Positions 1 through 12,315 of a DNA stretch of 64,000 nt are shown in pieces (positions within the stretch are counted from its first letter, which is position 1; every line of letters starts with the position of its first letter). Source of the DNA: Podarcis bocagei (Eukaryota); assembly GCA_964188305.1 (NCBI GenBank), contig OZ076893.1; one strand, 5' to 3'. The notes beneath the pieces are model-generated. The model was not told the DNA's origin and did not search any database. It saw nothing but the letters and a program-made list of their open reading frames with translations. The position numbers and the translations under genes were made by a program.

Positions 1-52
1 GGCCATTTGTGATGCCCCAGCACCCAAGAGCAAGACTGAACTTCAGGCCTTC

Positions 53-2092
53 TTGGGACTATTGAACTTTTACCATTCCTTCCTTCCCCACAAGGCGGCG
101 GTAGCAGAGCCCCTACACAGACTCCTGGACAAGCGGGCCCCTTGGGTGTGGGGCCAGCGCCAGGAGGCTGCATTCCAGGCAGTCAAGGACTTGCTTGTCT
201 CAAACTCGGTCTTGGCACACTTCGACGAGAGGCTGCCGGTGGTGCTAGCATGCGACGCCTCGCCCTATGGCATTGGCGCTGTCCTGGGACACCAACTCCC
301 AGATGGAAGAGAGGTACCGGTGGCATACTTTTCCCAGACACTCAACGCAACCGAGCGGAACTACTCGCAAATAGACAAGGAGGGTCTGGCAATCGTGAAG
401 GGAGTAAAAAAATTCCATGATTTCTTGTACGGGCGGCCCTTCACCATGGTGACTGACCACAAGCCGTTGCTTGGCTTGTTTGCCCCCGAAAAGCAGACCC
501 CCCAAGTGCTGTCTCCTCGCGTCCTCAGGTGGTCAATTTTCCTTGCCAGCTACCAGTATGCACTGATTCACCGCCCGGGGAAGGCAATGGGCCATGCGGA
601 CGCCCTCAGCAGGCTACCACTACTGGAAACAGGCCCCGACCCAGCACCTGCACAAGAGGTTATGAGCCTGGAGCTGCTTCCCGACCGCCCCATTCAGGCA
701 CAAGAAGTTGCACACCATTCCAAGAAAGATAGGGTCATCTCCTGGGTCCTGGACTGGGTGTGGAGGGGATGGCCCAGCAGCAGCCCTGGGCTGGAATTCG
801 CTGGCTACACAACCCGCAAACATGAACTGTCGGCCCACAAGGGGTGCCTGTTATGGGGAAGCAGGGTCGTGGTTCCCCAGCCCCTCCGCAAAAGGGTCCT
901 CACAGCCCTACACGAGACACACCCAGGGGTAGTAAGAATGAAGGCCCTTGCCAGGAGTTATGTGTGGTGGCCAGGGATCGACGGAGAGATAGAGGCCTGG
1001 GTCAAACACTGCCAGGCCTGCCAAGAATCCCGCCCAGATCCCCCAAGGGCCCCAGTCCAGTCCTGGGAGTCCGCCCGAGCACCATGGTCACGCCTGCATG
1101 TGGACTTCGCTGGCCCCTTTCAGGGGAAAACATTCTTCATAGTGGTGGACTCCTACACCAAATGGCTGGAAGTCGCACTGGTACCATCCACTTCCGCGTC
1201 CGCAGCCATCCGGGTACTACGCAGGCTGTTTGCAACCCATGGGCTCCCTGACACTCTCGTCTCAGACAACGGGACTGCATTTACGTCAGGAGAATTCCAA
1301 ACCTTCACAGCGCAGAACGCCATCCGCCACATCCGTTCGGCGCCATTCCACCCTGCCACCAATGGCCAAGCAGAACGCATGGTGCGGACCACCAAGGACA
1401 CCCTTCGCCGCATGACGCAAGGGGATTGGGAGTACTGCCTTGCCACATTCCTCCTAGCACAGCACAGCACCCCCAGCTCAACGACTGGCCGGAGCCCTGC
1501 TGAACTACTAATGGGTCGGCGCCTTGCAATCAGATTGGACCGCCTTCACCCCGATAGAGCTCAGGATGAGGTAGTGGTGGGGGAAGGCAGGAACCCCCGG
1601 ACCTTCAAGGCTCAGGACCCAGTGTACGCAAAGAATTTTGGGGCAGGCCCAGCATGGGTACCTGCCACAGTCACCAGGGTCACTGGCCCCGTGTCGTACG
1701 AGGTGCTAACGGATGGGGGGCAATGCTGGCGCCGCCACTGCGACCAGATACGGCGACGATTCCCAGGAGAAAACCAGGAGGAGGAAAGGTCAGAGGAGTC
1801 CCAAGGGAACAGAGGGGCAGTGAGGCCCATAGAGCAGGAGGGGCCAGCAGGAGAGGCAGAATCAGTAAATACAGAGAGGACCCGCAAGGCCGAAAGGACA
1901 CCGGAACCAGAACCACGACTGAGCGAGCCGGTTGCACCAGACCAAACAACCCCATCACAGCCAGCATCCTTGGAACACGAGCCAGAACCTGAACCCCGGA
2001 CCAGGGAACACCATAGGCCGCAACGCACACGTAGGCCGCCGGCGTACCTCGAGGACTATGAATGCGACCTCCCGGGCAGGACTGGAACTTAG
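53..2092 (+). CDS. pol: Gypsy pol polyprotein, C-terminal part: end of RT, RNase H, integrase (5'-partial)
   Basis: RNase H motifs DASPYGIGAVL, YSQIDKEGLAIV and TDHKPL; integrase HHCC (HETHPG...CQAC) and DDE (LHVDFAG, VSDNG, AERMV); RT-RH-IN order is Gypsy-type; no internal stops. Confidence 0.93.
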   Translation: MGLLNFYHSFLPHKAAVAEPLHRLLDKRAPWVWGQRQEAAFQAVKDLLVSNSVLAHFDERLPVVLACDASPYGIGAVLGHQLPDGREVPVAYFSQTLNATERNYSQIDKEGLAIVKGVKKFHDFLYGRPFTMVTDHKPLLGLFAPEKQTPQVLSPRVLRWSIFLASYQYALIHRPGKAMGHADALSRLPLLETGPDPAPAQEVMSLELLPDRPIQAQEVAHHSKKDRVISWVLDWVWRGWPSSSPGLEFAGYTTRKHELSAHKGCLLWGSRVVVPQPLRKRVLTALHETHPGVVRMKALARSYVWWPGIDGEIEAWVKHCQACQESRPDPPRAPVQSWESARAPWSRLHVDFAGPFQGKTFFIVVDSYTKWLEVALVPSTSASAAIRVLRRLFATHGLPDTLVSDNGTAFTSGEFQTFTAQNAIRHIRSAPFHPATNGQAERMVRTTKDTLRRMTQGDWEYCLATFLLAQHSTPSSTTGRSPAELLMGRRLAIRLDRLHPDRAQDEVVVGEGRNPRTFKAQDPVYAKNFGAGPAWVPATVTRVTGPVSYEVLTDGGQCWRRHCDQIRRRFPGENQEEERSEESQGNRGAVRPIEQEGPAGEAESVNTERTRKAERTPEPEPRLSEPVAPDQTTPSQPASLEHEPEPEPRTREHHRPQRTRRPPAYLEDYECDLPGRTGT

Positions 2093-2102
2093 AGGGGAGG
2101 GG

Positions 2103-2472
2103 TGTTATGTACTGAGTTGAATAGGATCCAAACTGCAGCAGTCTGATTGGTCCTAGAACAATAGGATCCAAAATGCAGTAGTCTGATTGGTCCTAGAACA
2201 ATAGGATTCAGAATGCAGCAGTCTGATTGGTCCAAGAACAATGCAGCAGTATGATTGGTTGGCAGGAACCACCCAATCATACTCCAGATACAAGTGAATC
2301 CACAACCTGATTGGCTTACAGTAGAATTCCAGAATTAACCAATCATGTGCAGCCCATTGTGTAAATAATGTATATAAAGCAGATACTTTGAGGGGACTTT
2401 TATTCATTCCTCCTCACCACTATGAGCTGAATAAAGAGCATGAAATCACTTTGCGACTCTGAGTATATTTCA
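2103..2472 (+). repeat. 3' LTR of the Gypsy element, with three 40-bp tandem repeats in U3
   Basis: TGTTATG start directly after the PPT and ...TTTCA end; 40-bp units at 2121-2160, 2161-2200 and 2201-2240, each with CTGATTGG (inverted CCAAT); TATATAAA at 2371-2378; AATAAA at 2430-2435. Confidence 0.9.
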
Positions 2473-2512
2473 ACCCCCCTGATATTTGGGTTTGCCTAAC
2501 CAGAGGACTCAC

Positions 2513-5500
2513 CTGCCGAAATGAGACACATCTGCGTGGGGTATTCAGCCAAGGCTGTGACCGCTTGGGAGCCGTGAGCCTCCACCTTGTACCGGTCTCG
2601 GGTCAGAAACCACTCCACCACCGTCAGGAAGCCCGTTTTGTGCCCCAAAATTAGCAGGAACCTGGGGGGGGGGGAGAGAAGCGTCCTTTGATAAGTATGT
2701 TCAGACAGATATGCACGATGGTATGGCAGCTTCTGGGGTCGGGGGAAGGAAAAGCCCAATCTGAAAAGTCAAATTCAAAAAGAGAATTTTGCTGCAACTT
2801 GGGTTGACTTTATAGATTTTGTGAGTATAGCCAAGCCTAGTCATCTTCTTGCACCAGCACTTTGAACTGTGTGCTTGGCATCATTTCCTAACCCCCCTCT
2901 CCCCGCCCAGGTTCTTGGGTGAACCTGGCTCACCTGGAGAAAACTGCTGCTTGCCTTCTATCACTGTGCCATTGAGAGCGTGCTCACTTATGGCTTATGG
3001 GTGTGGTACGGAAGCTGTACTGCCCAGGACAGGATGGGGTTGTGCAGAGTTGTTAAGGCAGCAGAGAGCATTGTTGGCTGCCCACTCTCCACCTTAGAGC
3101 AGATTTATGCCACAAGGTGCCATAGGAAGGCACTGGACATAGTAAAAGATCCATCGCATCCTGGTCACTGTCTCTTCGAGCTCCTGCCGTCGGGACGGAG
3201 ATACAGGACGATGAAGACAAGAACGAGCCGTCTTAAGAACAGCTTCTTCTCCAGAGCGATCTCGGCCCTGAATGGGAAGCCCGGACTTTGAAAGTCATCT
3301 AATCTCCCTTGCTGTATTATACTGTATTGTTTAAGTAGTGTTTTTATGGAGCAGTCAAGTAATTTCATTGTCCTCGAAGNNNNNNNNNNNNNNNNNNNNN
3401 NNNNNNNNNNNNNNNNNNNNNNNNNNNNNNNNNNNNNNNNNNNNNNNNNNNNNNNNNNNNNNNNNNNNNNNNNNNNNNNNNNNNNNNNNNNNNNNNNNNN
3501 NNNNNNNNNNNNNNNNNNCCACTTAGCACTTCTTTAGTTCTATGAATAGTCTAAGGTTTCATTCTTCTTCTCACTTCAAGCCGCCTCAAAGCATTATTTA
3601 TTTTAAGACTTTGCATGATATTTCATTTCATTTTTTTATGTATATCATGACTTGGTATAGATATTACTTGTAGTTTGATTAGTTTGTCATATTCTATCAT
3701 GATTTTATATGTTGACTCAACACCAAAACAGTGATTGTGCGTGTTTCTAATGGGGAAATATAGTTTTGGTGTTCTACAGCTCCTGCTTTTGAAATGTGAT
3801 GTTTGGGGTTCTTATTGTTAAAATATTAATAAAAAATACAGTATCAATAAATAAAAAACTAGCAGGGGTGGAGGAAAAGGCAGGCAGACATGGGGAATGT
3901 AAAGCACAGAATTCAAGGCCCATGGAAAAGCCGTGTCTGTTGTGGTCTGCTGTGTGTCAGGAGGAGAGCCCAGCTGCCTTGATCCTTCCAGCAGAGCGGG
4001 GAGCCTGGCCACTGCTAGGCAGGGCAGACTCTGGTTTTCAGCATCCCATGTGCCGGGGCGCCTGGAGCTCCTGCTACTGGGAGTTTAGGATTGGAGTTGC
4101 AAGGGAAGCTTTTAATATCTGATAAATTATTGTATTTTAATGTTTTGCTGGAAGCCGCCCAGAGTGGCTGGGGAAACCACCCAGAGTGGCTGGGTGGAGT
4201 ATAAATAAATTATTATTGTTGTTATTATTATTATTATTGATCCCGCAGGCTCTTCTGAGGGTCTGCAGATGAGAGTGAGCTGCCTTTACATGCCAAATTA
4301 ACTCATAAGGGAACTTTGACCAGCAACTGCTTTGCTGCACCCCAGGCAGGATGAAGGAGTCGTTGGGAAGGAGGGTGGCAGCAGCACCTGCCGGAGAGTA
4401 AGACCCACTGGCAGCACTGGCAATGAAGGAGGGGAGAGGGGCTTCTCACAAAAGATGTTAGATTATTTTAGTATGCCACAACTGCTGCTCGTATTTTGTT
4501 AGCTAAAAAGTGGAAAACCCAAGAATTACCAATGATAGAAGAATGGCAGATGAAGATGATGGATTTTTCGGAGCTAGCCGACCTAACCAGAAGAGTCCGT
4601 GACCAGAAGGAGGAGGAGTATCAGGAAGAGTGGATTAAATTTAATGATTACTTAGATAAATATGTTAAGTTAAATTAACTGAAAACAGCTTGCAGATACT
4701 TAATTGGCTTAGGATTTTATTTATGTTAAGTGATGAATTAATATGTTTAATTTCATAATGTGAAGATTTAAGGATGTTAATGTTTAAGTTAAATTTTATA
4801 AGAACTGTGATTTGGAAAACCGTTAAAAGGATATGCAATGAAATCCAACCAAGGGGAAGCGACGAAGTCACTTAACAATGTTAATAAGTGTAATTTTCAA
4901 TAAGGCTATGATTTATGTTTGTTTGTTTATAATGTTGTGAAAACCAATTAAAAAATTTTGGGGAAAAAAGAGAGGGGCTTCTCTCGAGTCCCACCCCGTC
5001 CATCTCACCCGCTTTACCTGTTTTTATCTGGGTGTTTCAGCCACTGCTTCTTGTAGCCCTTGCAATCCACCACATCCAGCCACTGGGAATAGGCCTTCTC
5101 CGGGTCCAGCACGTGGCTGTAGACCAGGAGGCAGCAGGGGGCAGACGCCCAGGTGTGGCCCGGAAGGCTCTTCTTGACCTGCATGGGGTCCTGGGCGCTG
5201 TTGACCCACAGCACGGCCCCATCCTCCATCAGCACAAAGAGGGTCTCCCGGGGCAGGCAGTACGCCACGTCCAGGCCCTGGCGGGGGCTGTCCAGGAAGA
5301 GGATGCCGATGATGACTCCGCTCTGGGCGTCCACCATCCGCACGGTAGAGTCCTGGCAGACGTAGAGGGCGCGGACAGGGAAGCTGCCCAGGGCCTCCAG
5401 GTTGACGCAGCTGATGCGCCGGACGGGGCAGCCCACGGGCGTGTACAGCGAGTAGAGCTTGTTGATCTTCCAGAGGGTCAGGGACGAGCCGGAGACGGAG

Positions 5501-8500
5501 ACGACGTGAGAAAGGGTCACGGCCTTTAGGGTCTCCACGGGCTCCGACAAATGGACCTGGTCCACCTGGTCAATGGTGTTGAGGTTCCAGGTGCGGATGG
5601 TGCCGTCCTGGGAGGCGGAGAAGATGAGGGGCCTCTGAGGGTAGATGGTCACAGCAACGACCGGACCTGGGGGCACAAGGTGGGGGGGCACAAGAAGCTC
5701 AAAGGGGGCCAAAGCCAGTCACAGCTACGTGGGGATGGAGACAGGAGCGGATCAATGCCTTTGCGCATCTTCAGAAGAGCTGCAGGAAGGAGAACAGGCT
5801 CCACCTGGTCCTGCTTTGAGCTCTTGGTTCTCCTTACTGTGGGATGTGAAGCACAAGAGCAGTCAAGTACAACACTCCTAGAGTGAACATGTTTACACAT
5901 GGGGAGGAATGTTTGTCCAGCCAGCAGGTCAACTTCCTGTTTCCTTCTGGGCTGGGACAGACTTCCTCTGCATGTGACTAGAGGTGGGCGTGGCCTCACC
6001 TGTGCAGGTAACGACAAAAGCACAGGGCAGGGCAGCCATCTCTCTCTTTGACTACGTGCATTGAAGAAGCAACATCTGCTTAGCCAAAGATGCTCTTTTG
6101 GCTCCAGCCAAGAGAGGACAAAGGGACTGTCTCCTTATGAGATAGTTTCCAGGTGTATGTTACTTTTCTAAGCTAAGTCTGCCTTCTGTGATCCAACTGT
6201 GAACAGAATGTGAGTAAACTCTGTTTATACTTTTATAGGAGACTGTGCCGTGTCTTATCTTTTATAGAAGCTTTAGAGCGTCTGAGCAAACGCATCTGCT
6301 GTGAGTTTAAAAAGGGGAATGTTACTCTGCTAAATTGTGAACTTGTTAACACAAGCTGGAAAGGCTATTATCAGACAATATATCCTCTCCTGAATCCCTG
6401 AACATTCCCGCACTTACAACCCAGTACTAATTCATATAGCTAGATGTTTTGGCCAGGATAGATATTCAAATGTCCAACGGTGGCTCAGCAGACCTTATCA
6501 AAGACCTAGAGACATTCAACATCAACAACTGCTAGGCACCCTTATGCCTTTTAGCAGCTGCGTGCTAGGCAGAAATTCAACAGGTTCAGCCTCCCATCGT
6601 TGTATTTTCATGTTGGGAAAAACTCTCCCATTGACTTTCTGGCCATAAAACTATCCTGTAGGAGGAAAGAGTGGCTATTGCAGCCCGGGCTGCCCCCATG
6701 ACGATGAGGCACCCCTCTTGGACACGCCACTCCTGCGAGGGAGGCAGGAGCCAGAGGTGTCCCAGCCTAAGGGGGAGAGAGGCGTCGGTCTCTTGCCAAA
6801 GGCCTTCCTAGCGGCTGGGGGGGGGGGATTCTTCAGTTGCCCTTCTCTCCGCATCCTGGCTGAGAGTGACGCACCCACGCTCACCCGTGTGGCCCACAAA
6901 GACCATCTGAATGTGCCAGTTCTTGTCCCAGACCTTGATGGTTGTGTCCCGTGAGGCCGTGATGGCACAGCCGATCACTTCGCAGTAGGTGAGGTCTGTG
7001 ATCACCCTGGGAGAGAAGACGAAGAAGAGCAGCCCGGTTACATCAGGTCCTTCTTGGACTGCGTGGTCTCCAGGATCCCTTACAACTCTACCACTCTATG
7101 ATCTTATGTTTCCATGGACCATGCAGACCCTCCACTTCCCAAAGCAGCTCAGTCAGGAGGCTCTGAGGTATGAGCAGCAGGACACAAACCAAGAACTGCC
7201 CCCCTTTTCAGAGCCCCAGGGTTCAGTCACCACCACCACAACTTGTGGGAGAGAATTCTGGATGTTGCGCTTTGTGCGCGAAGAGACATTCTCTCTCTCT
7301 CTCTCTCCCATCTATTTGGGATCTACTTCCCATTGGCTTCCTTGGATAAATGCCTCCTCAAGTTGCTTTGGGTTGCCTTGGGCAAGATAAAGTAACTAAC
7401 ACATTTAAGAAATCATAAAAACAAATAACGCTGGGGCCACGGGAGGTCAAGTGGAGGTGCTTCTCAGTCATGGGGGTGGGGTGGGGGTCAAACTATTCCA
7501 CTGGGCCATTCTGAAGCTCTCTAAGCGCGTTAATGATTAACTGATGGTGTTCTCTGCTCTTACAGGTGAGTGTTTAACCTTAGGTCACATGATTAAGGTA
7601 TTCAATTGCAAATTTGCCATTTTGAAAGGGAGTTGCCTTTTGGCTCTTTGTTCTCAGGCACAGCGGGAGAAGGAGGTGTAAATTACCCTCTCCGGGAGCT
7701 GTATAGACTTAGGCTGGATCCAGGCTCACGCAAGCTATGGAATAAACAGAGCTTTGATTTTTGCAGAGTGTAATTATGTTATATATTTAAGAAGAAGAAC
7801 CTGTGCTTGAATATGCATACACTTTATACATCTTTCTGGAGGAACCATTGTTTTGTACCTGTTTTTGAAGAAGTTCCAGTTAGTGAAGCTTTGAATCTAT
7901 GGGTCCAGACAATTTGTATTCTAATAGGGTTCAGTTTTTATGCATCCGATTGCTTCAAGCTGCACAATATTAATATCTGCAATAATTATCTCCCTTAGTG
8001 GGTTGTGCAAGCCATCGCTCCGAATGATGCTTTTTATAAAGTAGGGTGTGGGGGCCACTGGAAATGAATTAACGGAACCACGTGGGTGGCAGACCAGAAA
8101 GGTTTGGGAACCGCTGCCTTAAATAGTCCAAGATGGAACAAGAAGGAACCTGCCCCCAAGAGAGCAGCACTGAAAGCCCATCCTTCCATGGGGGCATCCC
8201 GTTCCCAGTGGGGGCCTCTCTCCTTGCTGGGAGGCCGGTTCTCTGCAGGGCCTGAGAGAAGCCTCACCTGTTGTGGAGCTCCTTCTTGAAAGAGAGGAGT
8301 TTCCCATTGGAGATATCCCAGGCAGCAGCGCCCGTCGTGCTGGAGGCGAAGCAGCGCTGGGGCTGCAAGCTGCTTGTGTCCAGGGCGATGTGGGAGAAGA
8401 CGTCTCCGGGCCCCAGGCCCTCGCTCAGGACGACGCGGCACTGCAGGCTCCGGCAGCCGTAGCGGAAGTCCCAGATGGTCAGGTTCCCGTCCCCCACGGT

Positions 8501-11500
8501 CACGATCCGGTTCAGGTTCTCGCTGTAGATCCCGCATCGGATGGGCATGGCGGAGCGGACCTGGGAGAGCAGCTGGAAGCCGGAGTCCAGGACCTGGAGG
8601 CCGCCCTCGTCCCAAGCCACAAAGTGGTTGACCAGGGAGGCGTGCAGGAGTCCCGCCATGGGGGCAGGGGCCCTCAGGCAGCTCTTGTAGGAACCCTCCT
8701 CCTTCAGGGAGTGCAGCTGGTTCTCCGAGTCGAGCACCACAAAGCGATTCCCCCGCACATCATGCGTCACGCACCGCACGGGGCTGCCCAAGGCTGAGCG
8801 ACTCAGGTGCTGCAGGCCGTGGCTCAGGTGGATGGGCTTCAAGTCCTCCTTCTTCATCTGCAAGAGGAAGATGAAGGACAGGCAGTGTTGGTCCCACCAC
8901 CAGCCAGAGCATCTCTCTGCACACACTTATTCCACGCCTGCATGAGCCTCGGGTCCCTTCCAACTCCCTTCCATGTTATGATTCCTTTTCTGGAAGCTTC
9001 ATGGGAGCTGCCCGTTCCTTGGACATGGGCAGAGACCCCTATGGGCACCAGGGGCTCAGGCCAGTGGCAGAGGAAGGGGTGTGTGGCCAGCCCTGGGTGT
9101 CATCACTGGGGGGTGTGGGGGGTGACAAAATGAATTAAAAAAAAATTGGGCTCACAAAACTTTTTAGGAGTGATGTGGTGGCTTAGGTGCTGCAGGTTCC
9201 ATGCTGCCTGTAACAGCAGCGTGGGACTTGTGTCTGCTTACTGCCTCTCCCTGCCCTACAGCTGAGGGGGAGGTGGAAGACCCTCATATCTATGGGACCA
9301 CCTCTCCCGGTATGCCCCACGGAGGACCTTAAGGAAGTCAGATTAGCCTCAACCAGAGCCAGGGCCTTCTCAACACTGGCTCCGGTCTGGTGGAACGCTC
9401 TGTCTCATGAGACCAGGGCCCTGCAGGATCTGATTTCTTTCCGCAGGGCCTGTAATGCGGAGTTGTTCTGCCTGGCCTTTGGCTTGGAATCAACTTGATT
9501 CCCTTCCCCTCTTTCTCTTTCCTTTTCCCTTTCTCCTCCTGTGATGGAACCCTTATTTGGGGACTTCCCTGGCTTTTTTCTGGCCCATGTAGGACCAGTC
9601 TGGATAGTTAGCCTTGATAAAGACTTGACATTTTCATCCCCAAAAAGTTTTTGATTTGAGTTCCTACTGAAATGAGGCTGCATTTTAATGTTGTATTTTA
9701 ATCTTGTTTTTAAGCTGTATTTCAATCAATTGTTTTTATACCGGTGTTAGCCGCCCTGAGCCCGGTCTTGGCTGGGGAGGGCGGGGTATAAATAAAATTT
9801 AATAAAATCTAATAATAATAGAGGCTCCAAGCATCAGAGAGGCTTGACCGCCCCATGGGCGCAGATCACCCCCCCCCAAGCTGCAGGACATGCCCCCGCA
9901 CCCGGCACCCGAGCGGTTAGCTACGCCACTGACTATAGCTGTGAGGTCCCAGGGATCTTGGAGAGCTCTTGGGGAACAGGAGGCCTTGATGGGAAACACT
10001 TTGATGGCAGAACAAAACAGGTTAAGGCAAAGGGAGCGGCAAATATTGTCTCCTTCTGCGAGGGGGCTCAGAATGGGAGGCAGAAGAGTTCAGGACAACC
10101 AACAGGGCTTGGCCCTGACGTTCTCTTTCATGGTCATGGTCACCTACTTAGATTTCTTTAAAAGGATATGTGCCACATTCATGGAGTAAAAGGAGAGCAA
10201 AAGCTGCTCGCTTCAACAGCTGTGTTTTACTGCCACCTGTTGGAGGCAGAAAATGCCTCTGAAGGCCAGGTGCCAGGAATCCCAGGTGAGGAGAGGAGAG
10301 CCCTGAGGGACCTGGGTCTTTCTCGAGGGCTCACCCAGGCATCTTGTTGGCCCCTGATATTCAGAGCACATTTGCAGGGAGCAGGAAGAGAGGAATAAGG
10401 TACCAATGGATAACCATTCAAGGCACTGGATGTTCCCTTCCGCAAGAGGGTTCATGTGAGCCCCTCCAAAAGCCTGTTTGCAATGGCAGGAAACATCTCT
10501 GGGACACCTGAAGCAGCAGGATACTTGAGACAGGTGCATGGTGCTGTTTTCTGAGCAGGTCCGAGCGGCTGGTGCCCTGGCACCTCTCCTCTCCTGATCC
10601 CCAGGTGCTGGGGATTTCACTGAGACACAGCTGCCACACCTGGATCCCCCTGGCCAGACCGGCTTCTTCCCCAAGAAATGTACCAGGTCCAGAGCGCGGC
10701 GGAGGTGTTTCTGGAGTTTGATCCAGTGCAGGTACCCCCTGCTTGGCTGAGCCTTGGGTACCGGCTGTGGCTTATTCTGCTTCTCCTCCTCCGCTTCCAC
10801 CTCCTTCGTATTTTCAAAGGGCTCTGAGGACAGGCGCAGGCGCTTCCTTCGCTCTCCACGAGTGGCTGCTGGAGGAAGGTGGGAGTTGATAACGATGTCA
10901 CTCACAAGTGACCCGTCGGTTCCCTCCACACCCCTGTGAGGTGCTGTTCCGTTTCCCCCTTTTTACAGGAGGTACTCATTTGTACAGGGGGACGCGGGTG
11001 GCGCTGAGGGTTAAACCACAGAGCCTAGGACTTGCTGATCAGAAGGTCGGCGGTTCAAATCCCTGTGACAGGGTGAGCTCCCGTTGCTCGGTCCCTGCTC
11101 CTGCCAACCTAGCAGTTCAAAAGCACGTCAAAGTGCAAGTAGATAAATAGGTACCATTCCGGTGGGAAGGTAAACGGCGTTTCCGTACGCGGCTCTGGTT
11201 CGCCAGAAGCGGCTTAGTCATGCTGGCCACATGACCCGGAAGCTGCACACCGGCTCCCTCGGCCAGTAAAGCGAGATGAGCGCCGCAACCCCAGAGTCGG
11301 TCACGACTGGACCTAATGGTCAGGGGTCCCTTTACTTACTCATTTGTACCTATTTGTCTCTGGGTCTCTCCCTCCCCACACAAGCCCCTGAGAGCATCAC
11401 CCCTCAGGGACCACTCCTGGCTTCGCTCAGCAGCATGATGAGGCTGGTGAACACACCCAGGGGCAGGGTCTGGACCCCCCAGGGCTGCTATAAACACCAC

Positions 11501-11551
11501 CTCCACCCCGATGCAACCCTGCTTACAGCTTCTGCGTTCCGCCTCCATCAT
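2513..11551 (-). CDS. WDR97: WD repeat-containing protein 97 (KIAA1875), 5' coding exons; the gene continues beyond the left edge
   Basis: GT-AG, phase-consistent exons: 11551-11527 (MMEAERRS), 10868-10684, 8857-8268, 7006-6885 (ITDLTYCEVIGCAITASRDTTIKVWDKNWHIQMVFVGHTG), 5666-5018 (SASQDGTIRTWNL, VAYCLPRE), 2661-2513. Resembles mammalian WDR97 as recalled and lies next to MAF1. The first two exons are less certain. Confidence 0.85.
2950..3379 (+). mobile_element. Rex1/Babar-type LINE 3' fragment
   Basis: Translation FYHCAIESVLTYGLWVWYG...DPSHPGHCLFELLPSGRRYR...RLKNSFF is typical of the Rex1/Babar RT C-terminus. Abuts the assembly gap; boundaries approximate. Confidence 0.8.
3380..3518. other. 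Assembly gap (139 N)
   Basis: Run of N. Confidence 1.
4448..4969 (+). mobile_element. 5'-truncated L1-like LINE 3' end with 14-bp TSD
   Basis: ORF2 C-terminus-like peptide ILLAKKWKTQELPMIEEWQMKMMDFSELADLT, AT-rich 3' UTR and A-rich tail; TSD GAGAGGGGCTTCTC at 4434-4447 and 4970-4983. Confidence 0.8.
5838..6412 (+). mobile_element. Solo LTR (575 bp) in a WDR97 intron
   Basis: TGTGGGA...TCCCGCA termini; 5-bp TSD CTTAC at 5833-5837 and 6413-6417. Orientation inferred only from AGTAAA near 6213. Confidence 0.75.
9330..9820 (+). mobile_element. L2-like LINE 3' fragment
   Basis: Degenerate RAFSTLAPVWWNALS peptide and a 3' tail ...GGCGGGGTATAAATAAA(TAA)n; boundaries approximate. Confidence 0.6.
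10987..11336 (+). mobile_element. Sauria-type SINE
   Basis: tRNA-like head GGGACGCGGGTGGCGCTG...GGTTCAAATCC and tail GGTCAGGGGTCCCTTTAC; related copies at about 16306, 59611 and 63178. Confidence 0.85.
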
Positions 11552-12225
11552 CCCTGTAAGTTCTGCCTTGCTCTGGACAGCAGACTCCTCGTAGGAGGGG
11601 TGAACAGAGCAGCTGATCCACACGGAGGATGCTGAAGGGCAAAGGGAACCAAACGCCTTCTTAGAACCTGCTAGGCTGGACTTGGAACCAGCTTTCAAGG
11701 CACGGGGTCCGCACTGGAACCTGGAAAAGTAGCAATAATTTATTTTTTTTAATAATGATGTTATTAAAAGCCCAGCCACCCTGGGTAACCATTAACCATG
11801 AGAGTGTTTCTGTAGAAATGCAGAGGGTTTTCAGCTCATCTGTTGGAAGCGACAAGGCAGAATTGCAAATTATAGTCCATATTTATTGGAGGTACTGTAG
11901 CGTGCCTTTTCATATGTACATCCAGCTCAGTATTCCCCACAACAGTAGGCATGTCATAGGGAATTGGGGAGAAGATCCAGTGAGAGCCACCCAAGGAAGC
12001 CACCCATCCTAGGTCTTATCGCACATCAACCTAAACCATGGATTCTTTAACAAACCATAAAGTCACCATGAGTTTTGTCCCGATGGTGGTGGCGATTTAT
12101 TATTATTATTTCTTACCCTCCCTTCACCATAAGGTCCCAGGGAAGGTTGCAACCATTTAAAATTCAGTATTAAAAACAGTTTAAAACCAATTACCATCAA
12201 AACTAGAGAGCGTCCTATCTCAGCA

Positions 12226-12315
12226 CATAGCTGTCAACTTTTCTCTTTTCTTACGAGGAATCCTATTTGGAATAAGGGAATTTCCCTTAAAAAAAGGAAA
12301 ACGTTGACAGCTATG
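12226..12315. mobile_element. 90-bp hAT-type MITE
   Basis: Terminal inverted repeats (TIRs) CATAGCTGTCAAC / GTTGACAGCTATG; perfect 8-bp TSD TCTCAGCA at 12218-12225 and 12316-12323. Confidence 0.85.

Larger units (their letters stand above)
1..2472 (+). mobile_element. Gypsy/Ty3 LTR retrotransposon, 3' part (pol, PPT, 3' LTR), in a WDR97 intron and antisense to the host gene
   Basis: Uninterrupted pol ORF to 2092; polypurine tract AGAGGGGAGGGG at 2091-2102; LTR TG...CA at 2103-2472. The element runs off the left edge. Confidence 0.95.

Noticed and set aside
2121-2260. Regularly spaced repeats resembling a CRISPR array
   Set aside because: Units are head-to-tail with no unique spacers, and they lie inside a retrotransposon LTR in a vertebrate genome.
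7520-8030. AT-rich LTR-like segment with AATAAA
   Set aside because: Could not define termini or a TSD.
10213-10929. 238-aa ORF as a single first exon of WDR97
   Set aside because: It starts at GTG. Only 10868-10684 has a strong acceptor and the right phase; the alternative acceptor at 10823 would create a TAG stop after the MMEAERRS exon.
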